Assembly (NCBI GenBank): GCA_963747895.1
Contig: CAVVGX010000011.1
Span: 38,646-102,645 of the forward strand
Direction of reading: 5' to 3'
Length of the DNA stretch: 64,000 bases
Source of the DNA: an uncultured Actinomycetota bacterium
Lineage (GTDB): Bacteria; Actinomycetota; Actinomycetes; Mycobacteriales; Geodermatophilaceae
The translations under genes and the position numbers were made by a program. Shown here one piece after another: positions 9,047 to 18,338 of this stretch. Numbering within the stretch: the stretch's first letter is position 1; each line of letters opens with the position of its first letter. The notes below the pieces were generated by a model. That model searched no databases and was not told the DNA's origin. It saw only the letters and a list, made by a program, of their open reading frames with translations.

Positions 9047-9901
9047 TCAGGCGCAGGAGTGGTTGAGGTCGAGGTCGTCGGGCACGTACTGGGTCAGCGT
9101 GACGCGGCTCCCCGGCACGAGCGGGGGCTGGTCGCAGGCCGCGACGGCCCCTGCCAGATCCACCGACCCCGCCATCCACGTGGGCAGGCCGGACAGCGGG
9201 CTGTTGTCGGGCACGGTGCCCACGATCTCCGCCCATTGCTGGTTGGTGGAGTACAGGCCTGCCTCGGCGCCGCGGAAGTCCAGGTAGGCGGCCATGCCCT
9301 CGAGCGTGGCGCGGTTGCGTCCCCGCGCGTCGTCCGACCCCACCTGCCAGGTGTTCATCGTCTCGACGTCGAGCCACCACCGGTAGCTGGACGCCACGCT
9401 GTCGACGCCGGCGTCCCGGGCGGCGGGCAGGAAGATCTCGGTCACGCTCTCGCGGGCCCGCTCCCACCCGTACCGCCAGGAGCACGCGGGGGAGTTCTCG
9501 CCGTCGCACTCGCCGTACGGGGAGTCCCCGGAGGCCGGCCAGGTGCTGACCAGACCCATCACCTGCCCCGGGTTGGCGGTGTTCAGGTACAGCTGGGCCG
9601 CCGGCTGCTCGGGCACGGAGCCGTTGGACGCCCACGCCCACTCGAGCTGCTCGGCCAGGCACGGGTTCTCGCGGGTGGCCATGCCGCCGTTGACGCCGAC
9701 GACCGCGAAGGCGCGCGCGTCGGGCAGGTCCGCGTCGCACTGCGGGTGCGAGATGTCGACGCCGACCGGGCTGACCGGGACGTCGAACTCGGCCGGGGCC
9801 GCGCCCGCCGGGGTGGAGCCGATGAGCACGATCGAGACGGCCGCCAGCGCGGCGACGGCGATCGACCGCAGCCCGCAGCGACGCGTGCCCCCGATGCCCA
9901 C
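9047..9901 (-). CDS. Secreted protein, GH25/Rv2525c-like glycoside-hydrolase-fold (tentative)
   Basis: Signal peptide (AVAALAAVSIVLIGSTPAGAAPA). GVDISHPQ resembles the GH25/DUF1906 opening strand. Several Cys pairs. Start uncertain. Confidence 0.5.
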   Translation of the reverse strand: MGIGGTRRCGLRSIAVAALAAVSIVLIGSTPAGAAPAEFDVPVSPVGVDISHPQCDADLPDARAFAVVGVNGGMATRENPCLAEQLEWAWASNGSVPEQPAAQLYLNTANPGQVMGLVSTWPASGDSPYGECDGENSPACSWRYGWERARESVTEIFLPAARDAGVDSVASSYRWWLDVETMNTWQVGSDDARGRNRATLEGMAAYLDFRGAEAGLYSTNQQWAEIVGTVPDNSPLSGLPTWMAGSVDLAGAVAACDQPPLVPGSRVTLTQYVPDDLDLNHSCA

Positions 9902-9964
9902 CTCCCGAACGTACCCGTGCGGGTCAAGCCTCCGGCGGTCACGAGCGGCCGGTCCAGGTCGGCT

Positions 9965-10774
9965 TCAGACGGCCTGGCAGGTGGGGCACCAGTGGAGGTT
10001 GCGGCCGACCATGACCTCGGTGCGGACCTCGGTGCCGCAGACCCGGCAGGGCAGGCCGGTGCGGCGGTAGACGTAGTGGGCGTCCTCCCGGCGCACCGCA
10101 CCGCTGCGGCGCGTCCGGTCCTCGGGCCGGGTGGTGACGATGCGGCCCAGCCGGACCCCGGCCTTCATGAGCGTGACCAGGTCGGCCCACAGCTGCGCCC
10201 ACAGCGCCTCGTCGACGGCCTTGCCGGGGCGGAACGGGGAGACCCGGTGCCGGAACAGGATCTCGGCCCGGTACACGTTGCCGACGCCGGCGAGCACCGA
10301 CTGGTCCATGAGGAGCGCGCCGATCGCGGTGCGGCTGCCGGCGATGCGGCGGTGGGCGCGGCCGCCGTCGGCCCGCGGTCGCAGCGGGTCCGGACCCAGC
10401 CGGTCGAGGATCGCCGCCACCTCGGGTGCGGGGAGCACCTCGCAGGCGGTCGGGCCGCGCAGGTCGGTCCACACGCCGTGGCCGTCGGGACCGTCGGCCT
10501 CCCACCGCATGCGGAGGGCGCCCTTCGCGGGCGGTGGCGCTCCGGTGCCGGTCAGGTAGGAGCCGTACAGGCCGAGGTGCACGTGCAGGTGGTCGCCCCC
10601 GAAGCGAGCGAACAGGTGCTTGCCGTAGGAGAAGACCTCGTCCAGCACCCGGCCGTCGAGGAGCGAGGCGCCCGCCTCGAAGCGGCCCTGAGGGCTGGTG
10701 ACGTGCACCGGACGGTCGCCGAACAGCGCGGACTGCTCCCGCGCCAGGCGGTACAGGGTGTGGCCCTCGGGCAT
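9965..10774 (-). CDS. nei: Fpg/Nei family DNA glycosylase (endonuclease VIII-like)
   Basis: N-terminal MPEGHT, H2TH region, C-terminal zinc finger CRVCG..x..CPTCQ. Confidence 0.9.
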   Translation of the reverse strand: MPEGHTLYRLAREQSALFGDRPVHVTSPQGRFEAGASLLDGRVLDEVFSYGKHLFARFGGDHLHVHLGLYGSYLTGTGAPPPAKGALRMRWEADGPDGHGVWTDLRGPTACEVLPAPEVAAILDRLGPDPLRPRADGGRAHRRIAGSRTAIGALLMDQSVLAGVGNVYRAEILFRHRVSPFRPGKAVDEALWAQLWADLVTLMKAGVRLGRIVTTRPEDRTRRSGAVRREDAHYVYRRTGLPCRVCGTEVRTEVMVGRNLHWCPTCQAV

Positions 10775-10808
10775 CCGGGCAGCGTAGGTGCCGCCGTCGG
10801 GAGGCGCG

Positions 10809-11129
10809 TCAGCGGTCGGCGGTCTCCAGGCCGAAGTGCGGCCGGTCGTCGACGGCGACGAGGTCGAGGAACTCGGGGTGGTTCAGGATGTGGCGCCGCA
10901 CGAAGGAGCAGTAGGGCAGCACGGTCAGCCCGCGCTCGCGCGCGGCGGTGAGGACGCCGTCGACGAGCTTCGTGCCGATGCCCTGGCCGCCCACGGAGGG
11001 ATCCACCTCGGTGTGCGGGAGGGTCATCTGCCCGTTGTCGACGTGGTAGCTGGCCAGTCCGACGACGCGCTCGCCCTGCCTGATCTCGAAGCGTCCCCGC
11101 TCGGGGACGTCGACCACCGAGGTCTCCAT
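10809..11129 (-). CDS. Small GNAT-family N-acetyltransferase (YjdJ type)
   Basis: 106 aa with GQGIGTKLVDGVL..ARERGLTVLPYCSF. ATG 11129 is preceded by GGAAGGTGGAG. The longer ORF (to 11525) would run through the tRNA gene. Confidence 0.75.
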   Translation of the reverse strand: METSVVDVPERGRFEIRQGERVVGLASYHVDNGQMTLPHTEVDPSVGGQGIGTKLVDGVLTAARERGLTVLPYCSFVRRHILNHPEFLDLVAVDDRPHFGLETADR

Positions 11130-11309
11130 GTGCGCTCCACCTTCCGTGACCTCCGGCGCCGTTGCCGGAGCTCGACGATGCCCCAGCACGGTAACGCCTG
11201 GGAACTGGTTCGTCTCTCTTCGATACGACGAGTCGGGTCGGCCCCTGGTTCCCCGGGCGTCACGGGATAGCCTCTGCGGCGCGGTCCCGGACGCGTCCCA
11301 CGCGCCGTG

Positions 11310-11385
11310 GCCCCCGTAGCTCAGGGGATAGAGCATCGGTTTCCTAAACCGTGTGTCGCAGGTTCGAATCCTGCCGGGGGCACCA
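11310..11385 (+). tRNA. tRNA-Arg (anticodon CCT), CCA encoded
   Basis: Cloverleaf by hand: acceptor GCCCCCG/CGGGGGC, anticodon loop TTCCTAA, T-arm GCAGG-TTCGAATC-CTGCC, then A-CCA. Confidence 0.9.
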
Positions 11386-11413
11386 GCACTGCCCCTACGG
11401 CGAAAGAGGCACC

Positions 11414-12580
11414 GTGACCTCGCTCCGCACCAGGACCCGGCGCGCGTCCGCGGCCCTCGCCCTGCTCGCCTCGGTCGCGGCGACGGGGTGCTCGGGCGAC
11501 GAGCCGGCCGCCTCGGCGGAGACACAGGAGGCGGACACCCGCGAGTACGACTTCTCGGCGGTCGACCCGATCGTCGAGGCGTTCATCGCCGAGCACGACC
11601 TGAACGGCGCCGGGCTGGTGGTCGTCGACGAGGACGAGGGGATCATCGGCGAGCAGTACTTCGGCGACTTCGACGCCGACCGGATCTCCCTCGTCGCCTC
11701 GGCGTCGAAGATGGTCACCGCCGGCGTCCTCGTGCGGCTCGCCGACCAGGGGGAGCTCGACCTCGACCAGCCGATCGCCGAGTACGTCGACTGGGCGGCC
11801 GGCCAGAACCCGGACGTCACCGTCGCCCAGCTCCTGTCCAGCAGCTCCGGCTTCGTCGGGCTCCTGCCGACGCCGGCGTACGGGCCCTACGTCTGCCAGT
11901 TCCTGCCGACGGTGGAGATCGAGCAGTGCGCGACCAGCGTCTGGACGACGCCCGCCGACGACGCCGACATCGCGCCGCCCGACACCGAGTGGCGCTACGG
12001 CGGAGTGCAGTGGCAGATCGCCGGAGCCGTGGCGGAGACCGTCTCGGGCAAGACCTGGTCCGAGCTGCTCGAGGAGACCTACGTCGAGCCGTGCGGAGTC
12101 GAGTCCATGGGCTACAACAACCACTGGACCCAGATCGGCGAGGGCCTGTCCGGCTACCCGGCCGAGTTCGACGGCGACCCCGGCGTGCTGTCGCCGTCGG
12201 ACAACCCGAGCATGGAGGGCGGCCTCTACATCGACCCGGTCGACTACGCCGAGCTGCTGCTCATGCAGCTGCGCGACGGCCGGTGCGGGGACACGCAGGT
12301 CCTGGAGCCGGAGTCGGTCGAGCGGATGCAGACCGACCGGATCGGTGAGGTCTACGACGGCGAGACCCTGACCGGCTCGGGCTACGGCTTCGGCTGGTGG
12401 GTGGAGCGCGACGGCAGCGGCCGCATCGACGACCCGGGTGCCTACGGGGCGGTGCCGTGGCTCGATCTGGACGGCGGCTTCGGTGCCTACCTCGTGATCG
12501 AGGCCGACGCCCGGCTCGGCGCGCAGCTCGCGGGCCGGCTGTACGACCCGGTCGAGTCCGCCATCACCGCCGCCCGGTAG
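11414..12580 (+). CDS. Serine hydrolase / beta-lactamase-family lipoprotein
   Basis: Lipobox LASVAATGC. S-x-x-K motif ASASKM. RBS aaagagg before GTG 11414. Confidence 0.8.
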   Translation: MTSLRTRTRRASAALALLASVAATGCSGDEPAASAETQEADTREYDFSAVDPIVEAFIAEHDLNGAGLVVVDEDEGIIGEQYFGDFDADRISLVASASKMVTAGVLVRLADQGELDLDQPIAEYVDWAAGQNPDVTVAQLLSSSSGFVGLLPTPAYGPYVCQFLPTVEIEQCATSVWTTPADDADIAPPDTEWRYGGVQWQIAGAVAETVSGKTWSELLEETYVEPCGVESMGYNNHWTQIGEGLSGYPAEFDGDPGVLSPSDNPSMEGGLYIDPVDYAELLLMQLRDGRCGDTQVLEPESVERMQTDRIGEVYDGETLTGSGYGFGWWVERDGSGRIDDPGAYGAVPWLDLDGGFGAYLVIEADARLGAQLAGRLYDPVESAITAAR

Positions 12581-12586
12581 TCCCGG

Positions 12587-13558
12587 TCAGGACAGCAGGG
12601 TCTGCTGGGGGGAGCGGCCGAAGCGCCGTCGGTAGGCGTCGGCGAACCGGCCACGGTGGGCGAACCCCCACCGGGTCGCGATCGAGGCCACGGTCGCACC
12701 GTGGACGGGATCGGCCGCCTGCAGTTCCCGGTGCGCCCGCTCCAGCCGGGCCTCCCGGAGGGAGGCCGTGGGAGTCGTGCCGCGGTGCCGGCGGAAGGCC
12801 TCCTGCAGCGCCCGGGGCCCGACACCGGCACCCTGCGCGATGTCGTCCAGGGTCAGCGGCTCCTGCGCATGCGCCTCGATGAACTCCAGCGCCCGGCGCA
12901 CCGACGCCGGGGCGCCCACGTCCAGCCGCCCGATGGGGCGGTCGCCGGCGGCGTTGTTGGGGAAGGCGGCGAGCACCGCCTCGGCGATGGTGTCCATCGC
13001 CGCGGCCCGCACGAGGGGCTCGGCGGCGGGTGAGCCGGGGCCCGCGACGAGCGAGTGGACGTACCCGATGGTGTTGGCGCAGTAGCGGGCCAGCGCGGGA
13101 GTGGCCGGCGCCAGGCTCTCGAACCGGAAGTCGGCGGGGTCCAGCCCGGCGTGGGCGGCGGCCCGGCGGGCGATCTCCCGGGTGGGGAGCCGCACGAAGC
13201 GCACGTCCACCATGGGCCACTCGCAGGTGAAGGGGACCCCCTGAGGGAACAGCAGCACCTCGCCGGCCGTGCCGCGGACGGTCTCCTGCGAGTGGCCGAC
13301 CTCGAACGCGCCGGCGGTGACGAGGCACACCCAGGTGGCGTCGATGGGGTCGACCTCCTCGCGGACGCCCATGGTGTGGAACGCGGTGTCGACCGCGAGG
13401 TCCCCGGCGGTGGCCGTCGTCTGCCGGTACCGGAAGTCCGACTGGCTGCCCCGGATGAGCAGCCGGTGGCCGGCGAACGTGTCGCGGATCGACTCGTGCG
13501 CGCGGTGGACGTCGCGGGTGGCGACCTCGAACCGCTGGACCGTCTCGGGGCTGGCCAT
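12587..13558 (-). CDS. AraC family transcriptional regulator
   Basis: C-terminal double HTH (LTLDDIAQGAGVGPRALQEAFRR ... SIATRWGFAHRGRFADAYRRRFG). ATG 13558 is preceded by GGAAGGAAGGAACGGAG. Confidence 0.85.
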   Translation of the reverse strand: MASPETVQRFEVATRDVHRAHESIRDTFAGHRLLIRGSQSDFRYRQTTATAGDLAVDTAFHTMGVREEVDPIDATWVCLVTAGAFEVGHSQETVRGTAGEVLLFPQGVPFTCEWPMVDVRFVRLPTREIARRAAAHAGLDPADFRFESLAPATPALARYCANTIGYVHSLVAGPGSPAAEPLVRAAAMDTIAEAVLAAFPNNAAGDRPIGRLDVGAPASVRRALEFIEAHAQEPLTLDDIAQGAGVGPRALQEAFRRHRGTTPTASLREARLERAHRELQAADPVHGATVASIATRWGFAHRGRFADAYRRRFGRSPQQTLLS

Positions 13559-13777
13559 GGGGTGCTCCGTTCCTTCCTTCCCGCTCTGCGCTGCGTCGGT
13601 GCGGTGACGTGTGGCCTGCATCACGCCGGCGCCCTGCTGTTCCTGCCCCCGGCGGCACCGCCCCGAACCCGCCCTTTCCCGGCGACGGCCGGAGGGTGGT
13701 CCGCCGGGCGCGGCGATGAGCCGCTGGACGCGGTTCGCTGCCGGCCGCCTTGCCCGGGAGCCGCCGATGGTGGGGTC

Positions 13778-14074
13778 ATGGAGGTGGAGGTGTCCGTGGC
13801 GACCGGTCGTGACGAAGGAGGCCCCGACCGCCCAGGGGCAGGTCGGGGCCGGTGGACCGTGGGTGCCGACGGCCTCGGCACCCGGCTCTGGTCCGGCGAG
13901 CCGGTGCAGATGCCGACCGGCCGGCTGCACGCCGTGGATGGCACAGGTCTGCTCCGCGGCCGCTCGGTCTGCCGGGCTCCGGTGGTGCTGCTCGACCCGG
14001 CCGACTGGCGGTGGCCCGACGACGGCAGCGACGAGTGGCCGCTGTGCTCGATCTGCCACGCGCTGACCCGCTGA
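13778..14074 (+). CDS. Candidate small Cys/His protein (54-98 aa, start uncertain)
   Basis: Strong GC3 bias over ~13850-14074. C-terminus ...RSVCRAP..x..DEWPLCSICHALTR. Alternative ATG at 13910. No homolog recognised. Confidence 0.3.
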   Translation: MEVEVSVATGRDEGGPDRPGAGRGRWTVGADGLGTRLWSGEPVQMPTGRLHAVDGTGLLRGRSVCRAPVVLLDPADWRWPDDGSDEWPLCSICHALTR

Positions 14075-14230
14075 CGACGAGTTCGCCGACGGCGGAACGC
14101 CCGGCCGCACCCGCGCGTTGACCCCCCGCGTGTGCCGCACGGCGCCCGACCGTTCGTCGAAGAGAGCCATGAGCACCAGTCACAGTCCCCGGGCCACGAC
14201 CTCCTCCACCGGTGAGGGGGTGCGTGGCCG

Positions 14231-15631
14231 GTGATGGAAGTCCTCTCCCTCCTGCTGGGCGTGCTGGTCGTGCTGGCGATCACCGCGGTGACCGGCTACT
14301 TCGTGGCCCAGGAGTTCGCCTACATGGCGGTCGACCGCTCGGCGCTGACCGCGCGCGCCGAGGCCGGGGACCCGGCGGCCGACCGGGCGCTGACCGTGAC
14401 GCGCCGGACCTCGTTCATGCTGTCCGGCGCCCAGCTGGGCATCACGGTCACCGGACTGCTGGTCGGCTACGTCGCGGAGCCGCTGATCGGGACGTCGATC
14501 GGCGCGCTGCTGGGCGGCGTCGACGTCCCCACCGGCGTGGGCGTCGGGATCGGCGCGGTGCTGGCGCTGCTGTTCTCCACCCTGGTGCAGATGCTCTTCG
14601 GTGAGCTCTTCCCCAAGAACCTGGCGATCGCGAGGCCCGAGCCGGTCGCGCTGTGGCTGGCGACCTCGACGGTGCTGTACCTGCGGCTGTTCGGCTGGCT
14701 CGTCCAGGTCTTCGACCGGGCGTCCAACCTGCTGCTCAAGGCGCTGAAGATCGAGCCGGTGCACGACGTCGAGCACGCCGCCACCGCCCGCGACCTCGAG
14801 CACATCCTGGAGGAGTCGCGGGAGAGCGGGAACCTGCCCGCCGAGCTGTCGATGATGCTGGACCGCATCCTCGACTTCCCGAACCGCGACGTCGAGCACG
14901 CGATGATCCCGCGGCCGCGGGTCGGCACCGTGGCCACCACGGAGACCGTCGGCCGGTTGCGCGAGCTGATGGCCCAGGGGCACTCCCGCTACCCGGTGCT
15001 CGACGCCGCCAACGGGGACGTGGTCGCCGTCGCCCATCTCGCCGACCTGCTGACGACGACGGCGCCCGACGACGCACCCGTGACGGCGATGGCCCGCCCG
15101 TGCCTGGTCGTCTCCACCTTCACCTCGCTGCCGGACGCGCTGCGCGAGCTGGCCGACTCGGGCAACCAGCTGGCCTGCGTCATCGACGAGTACGGCGGCT
15201 TCGCCGGCGTCATCACGCTGGAGGACCTCGCCGAGGAGCTCGTCGGGGAGATCACTGACGAGCACGACGACGAGGACCCCGCCTACGTGCCGGTCGAGGG
15301 CGACGGCGTCTGGGAGATGGCCGGGGACGTGCACGTCGACGAGGTCGAGCGGGCGCTGGCCGTCGACCTCCCGCGCGGTGACTACGAGACCATCGCCGGA
15401 CTGGTCATCGCCGCCGCCGGCACCCTGCCCGAGCCGGGCACCCACCTGACCGTCGAGCTGCCGCCGGACCCCGGCGACCTCGTGCACGCCGACGAGCCGG
15501 AGCCGCGGTTGCTGCGCGTCGAGGTGCTCGACGTGGAACGGCACGTGCCTTCCCGCGTGCGGCTGGAGCTGCCCGACCGCACCGCCGCGGACGCCGGGAA
15601 CGCCCCCGCTGCCGAGGAGGAGTCCCGATGA
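14231..15631 (+). CDS. Hemolysin-family/CNNM protein (DUF21 + CBS pair + CorC_HlyC)
   Basis: DUF21 TM region with AQEFAYMAVDRS, FPKN. CBS region. C-terminal transporter-associated domain (VWEMAGDVHVDEV..DYETIAGLV). Confidence 0.85.
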   Translation: MMEVLSLLLGVLVVLAITAVTGYFVAQEFAYMAVDRSALTARAEAGDPAADRALTVTRRTSFMLSGAQLGITVTGLLVGYVAEPLIGTSIGALLGGVDVPTGVGVGIGAVLALLFSTLVQMLFGELFPKNLAIARPEPVALWLATSTVLYLRLFGWLVQVFDRASNLLLKALKIEPVHDVEHAATARDLEHILEESRESGNLPAELSMMLDRILDFPNRDVEHAMIPRPRVGTVATTETVGRLRELMAQGHSRYPVLDAANGDVVAVAHLADLLTTTAPDDAPVTAMARPCLVVSTFTSLPDALRELADSGNQLACVIDEYGGFAGVITLEDLAEELVGEITDEHDDEDPAYVPVEGDGVWEMAGDVHVDEVERALAVDLPRGDYETIAGLVIAAAGTLPEPGTHLTVELPPDPGDLVHADEPEPRLLRVEVLDVERHVPSRVRLELPDRTAADAGNAPAAEEESR

Positions 15632-16647
15632 CCGACAGCCCGTGGGTCGTCCTCGCCGCCACCGTCGCCATCGTGGCGCTGAGCGCGTTCTTCGTCGCCG
15701 TCGAGTTCGCCGCGCTCGCGGCCAAGCGGCACCGACTGGAGGAGGCCGCGCCCGGCAGCCGCGCCGCCCGCGCCGCGCTCCGCAACTCCGCGGAGCTCAC
15801 CGTGCTGCTGGCCGGCTCGCAGCTCGGCATCACCGCGGCCACGCTCGCGCTCGGCGCGATCACCAAGCCCGCCGTCCACCACTGGCTGACGCCGGTGTTC
15901 GACGGCTGGGGGCTCCCGCTCGTCGCCGCCGACGTCGCCGGCTTCGTGCTCGCCCTGCTGATCGTCACCTTCGTCCACCTGGTGGTGGGGGAGATGGCGC
16001 CCAAGTCGTGGGCCATCGCCCACCCCGAGCGCTCGGCCACCCTGCTGGCGGTGCCGATGCGGGCCTTCATGGCCCTCTTCCGGCCGCTGCTGCGGGCGCT
16101 GAACGCCACGGCCAACTGGCTGCTCCGCCGGGTCGGCGTCGACGCGGTGGACGAGCTCGCCGTCGGCCACAGCCCGGATGCGCTGCGGCACCTGGTGGAG
16201 CACTCGGCCAACGTCGGAGCGCTCGACGCGTCGTTCTCCGAGCAGATCGCCGGCGTCCTGGAGCTCGAGCAGCTCACGGTGCGCGAGCTGGTCGGTGCCG
16301 GGGAGGCGCTCGCTGCCGTACCGGTCGGCGCCACCGCCGGGGACGTGCGCGCGGCCACCCGGCGCACCGGCCACCTGCGCCTCCTGACCCGCGACGGCGA
16401 GCGGATCGTGGGTGTCGTGCACGTCCGCGACACCCTGGCCGCGCCGGACGACGCCCCGGTGGCCGGATTCGCCCGGCCGGTCTTCGAGTTGGACGCCGGC
16501 ACCACCGTGCACGCGGCGCTCAAGGCCATGCGGGAGACCAGCAACCACCTCGCGCTGGTGACCGCGGACAGCGGCGTCGTCGGTGTCATCACGCTGGCCG
16601 ACGTCCTGCGCCGGCTCTTCCCGCGGGGCGAGGTGACGGCCGTCTGA
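15628..16647 (+). CDS. CNNM/DUF21 + CBS domain membrane protein (paralog, no CorC_HlyC tail)
   Basis: ATGA overlap with the upstream paralog. VAVEFAALAAKRHRLE, GEMAPKSWA, CBS pair. Confidence 0.85.
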   Translation: MTDSPWVVLAATVAIVALSAFFVAVEFAALAAKRHRLEEAAPGSRAARAALRNSAELTVLLAGSQLGITAATLALGAITKPAVHHWLTPVFDGWGLPLVAADVAGFVLALLIVTFVHLVVGEMAPKSWAIAHPERSATLLAVPMRAFMALFRPLLRALNATANWLLRRVGVDAVDELAVGHSPDALRHLVEHSANVGALDASFSEQIAGVLELEQLTVRELVGAGEALAAVPVGATAGDVRAATRRTGHLRLLTRDGERIVGVVHVRDTLAAPDDAPVAGFARPVFELDAGTTVHAALKAMRETSNHLALVTADSGVVGVITLADVLRRLFPRGEVTAV

Positions 16648-16668
16648 TCGCCCGGGGAGGATGACCGC

Positions 16669-17115
16669 ATGAGCCAGGTCGTCGTCCACGCCGAGAAGAT
16701 CATGTCCGCACCCGCCGAGCAGGTGAGCCGGGCGCTGGCCGACTACGAGACGGTCCGCCCGCGGATCCTGCCGGAGCAGTTCAGCGAGTACCGCGTCGAG
16801 AGCGGCGGACACGGCGCCGGCACCCGGGTGCACTGGACGTTCGCCGCGACCTCCAAGCGGGTCCGCGACCAGCTGCTCGACGTCACCGAGCCGGCGCTCG
16901 GCACCCTGGTGGAGACCGACCGGAACTCCTCGATGGTCACCACCTGGACGGTGCTGGCCGAGGGCACCGGCGGCTCCACCGTGAAGGTCCGCACGACGTG
17001 GGACGGCGCCGGCGGCATCGGCGGCTTCTTCGAGCGCACCTTCGCGCCCAAGGGCCTGGGCCGGGTCTACGTCGACCTGCTGCACCGCCTCGACGCGGAG
17101 CTCGCCGCCGGCTGA
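16669..17115 (+). CDS. SRPBCC family protein (polyketide cyclase/dehydrase-like)
   Basis: 148 aa with an alternating beta pattern and a long C-terminal helix typical of the START/Bet v1 fold. Confidence 0.65.
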   Translation: MSQVVVHAEKIMSAPAEQVSRALADYETVRPRILPEQFSEYRVESGGHGAGTRVHWTFAATSKRVRDQLLDVTEPALGTLVETDRNSSMVTTWTVLAEGTGGSTVKVRTTWDGAGGIGGFFERTFAPKGLGRVYVDLLHRLDAELAAG

Positions 17116-17153
17116 TCCGGGCGCGGGGGCCGATCGGCAGGGACCATGGGCCG

Positions 17154-18005
17154 GTGACCCTCGCACCGTCCGCCGCGCCCGGCACCGGGCTGGACGCCCT
17201 GGCCGATCTCGTGGCCGACGGCGACGTCGTCGTCCTCTCCGGTGCTGGCCTGTCCACCGACTCCGGCATCCCGGACTACCGCGGCGCCACCGGCAGCCTC
17301 CGCCGGCACACGCCGATGACCTACCAGACCTTCACCCGTGACCCCCACGGCCGGCACCGGTACTGGGCGCGCAGCTTCGTCGGCTGGCGGCAGATGCGCG
17401 CCGCCCGGCCCAACGACGGCCACCGGGCCGTGGGGGAGCTGCAGGCGGCCGGGCTGCTCGGGGGTCTGATCACCCAGAACGTCGACGGCCTGCACCAGGC
17501 GGGGGGCGCCCGCGACGTCGTCGAGCTGCACGGCGGGCTGGACCGGACGGTGTGCCTCGGGTGCGGGGACGTCGCCGGCCGGGAGGCGCTGGACGAGCGG
17601 CTGCACGTGGCCAACCCCGGCTTCGGGCCCCGGGTCGACGAGATCAACCCCGACGGCGACGCCGAGCTGCCCGACGAGGTGCTCGACGGGTTCACCATGG
17701 TCGGCTGCCTGGTCTGCGGCGAGGACCTGCTCAAGCCCGACGTCGTCTTCTTCGGGGAGACGGTGCCCCGGGACCGCGTGGACCACTGCTTCTCCCTCGT
17801 CGAGCAGGCGGGCAGCCTGCTGGTGCTCGGCTCCTCCTTGACCGTGATGAGCGGCTACCGGTTCGTGCTGCACGCGGCGAAACTCGGCATCCCGGTGGCG
17901 ATCTGCAACGTCGGGCCCACGCGGGGAGACGCCAAGGCCGACGTCCGGGTCGACGCTCCGCTCGGCGAGGTGCTCCCGGCGCTGGCCGCCCGCCTGTCCG
18001 GATGA
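17154..18005 (+). CDS. Sir2-family NAD-dependent protein deacylase
   Basis: GAGLSTDSGIPDYRG, QNVDGLH, ELHG, Zn module CLGCG...CLVCG, LVLGSSL. GTG start uncertain. Confidence 0.85.
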   Translation: MTLAPSAAPGTGLDALADLVADGDVVVLSGAGLSTDSGIPDYRGATGSLRRHTPMTYQTFTRDPHGRHRYWARSFVGWRQMRAARPNDGHRAVGELQAAGLLGGLITQNVDGLHQAGGARDVVELHGGLDRTVCLGCGDVAGREALDERLHVANPGFGPRVDEINPDGDAELPDEVLDGFTMVGCLVCGEDLLKPDVVFFGETVPRDRVDHCFSLVEQAGSLLVLGSSLTVMSGYRFVLHAAKLGIPVAICNVGPTRGDAKADVRVDAPLGEVLPALAARLSG

Positions 18006-18307
18006 CCCGCGAGGTCGAGCGCACCGACGACGGTCGCTTCGTCGTCGTCGACGGACGGCGCTGGCGGACGGCGGACCCGTCGTTGCCCGACGAGGTCCGC
18101 GAGCGGCTGCTGCACCACCTCGGGGTGGGCCGGTCGGGGGTGCGGGCCGCGAAGTCCGCCGGGGACGACGCCGCCGTCGCCGCCGCCCGGGCGAAGGTGC
18201 AGCTGGCCAAGGTCGGGCTGGGGGAGCGCGGCACCGCCTGGTGGGACCAGTCGGATGCCGAGCGCACGGAGCGCTGGGAGACGGCGCTGCGCGACCTCGA
18301 CGGTTGA
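18002..18307 (+). CDS. Conserved hypothetical 101-aa protein
   Basis: ATGA overlap with the sirtuin stop. High GC3. Charged helical protein with GRRWRTADPSLP and GERGTAWWD motifs that I have seen in other actinobacterial hypotheticals. Confidence 0.6.
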   Translation: MTREVERTDDGRFVVVDGRRWRTADPSLPDEVRERLLHHLGVGRSGVRAAKSAGDDAAVAAARAKVQLAKVGLGERGTAWWDQSDAERTERWETALRDLDG

Positions 18308-18338
18308 CCCCGGCGCCGCGGGGGCAGCATCGCTGGCG

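Noticed and set aside
11310-11385. tRNA-Arg and tRNA-Gln (56590-56662) as possible integration hot spots
   Set aside because: No integrase, excisionase or direct repeat of the tRNA 3' end was found nearby, and the flanking genes are ordinary chromosomal genes.
10809-11525. Long (238-aa) version of the GNAT ORF
   Set aside because: The N-terminal 130 residues are Arg/Pro-rich and would run through the tRNA-Arg gene on the opposite strand. An internal ATG at 11129 with a strong RBS gives a normal 106-aa GNAT.
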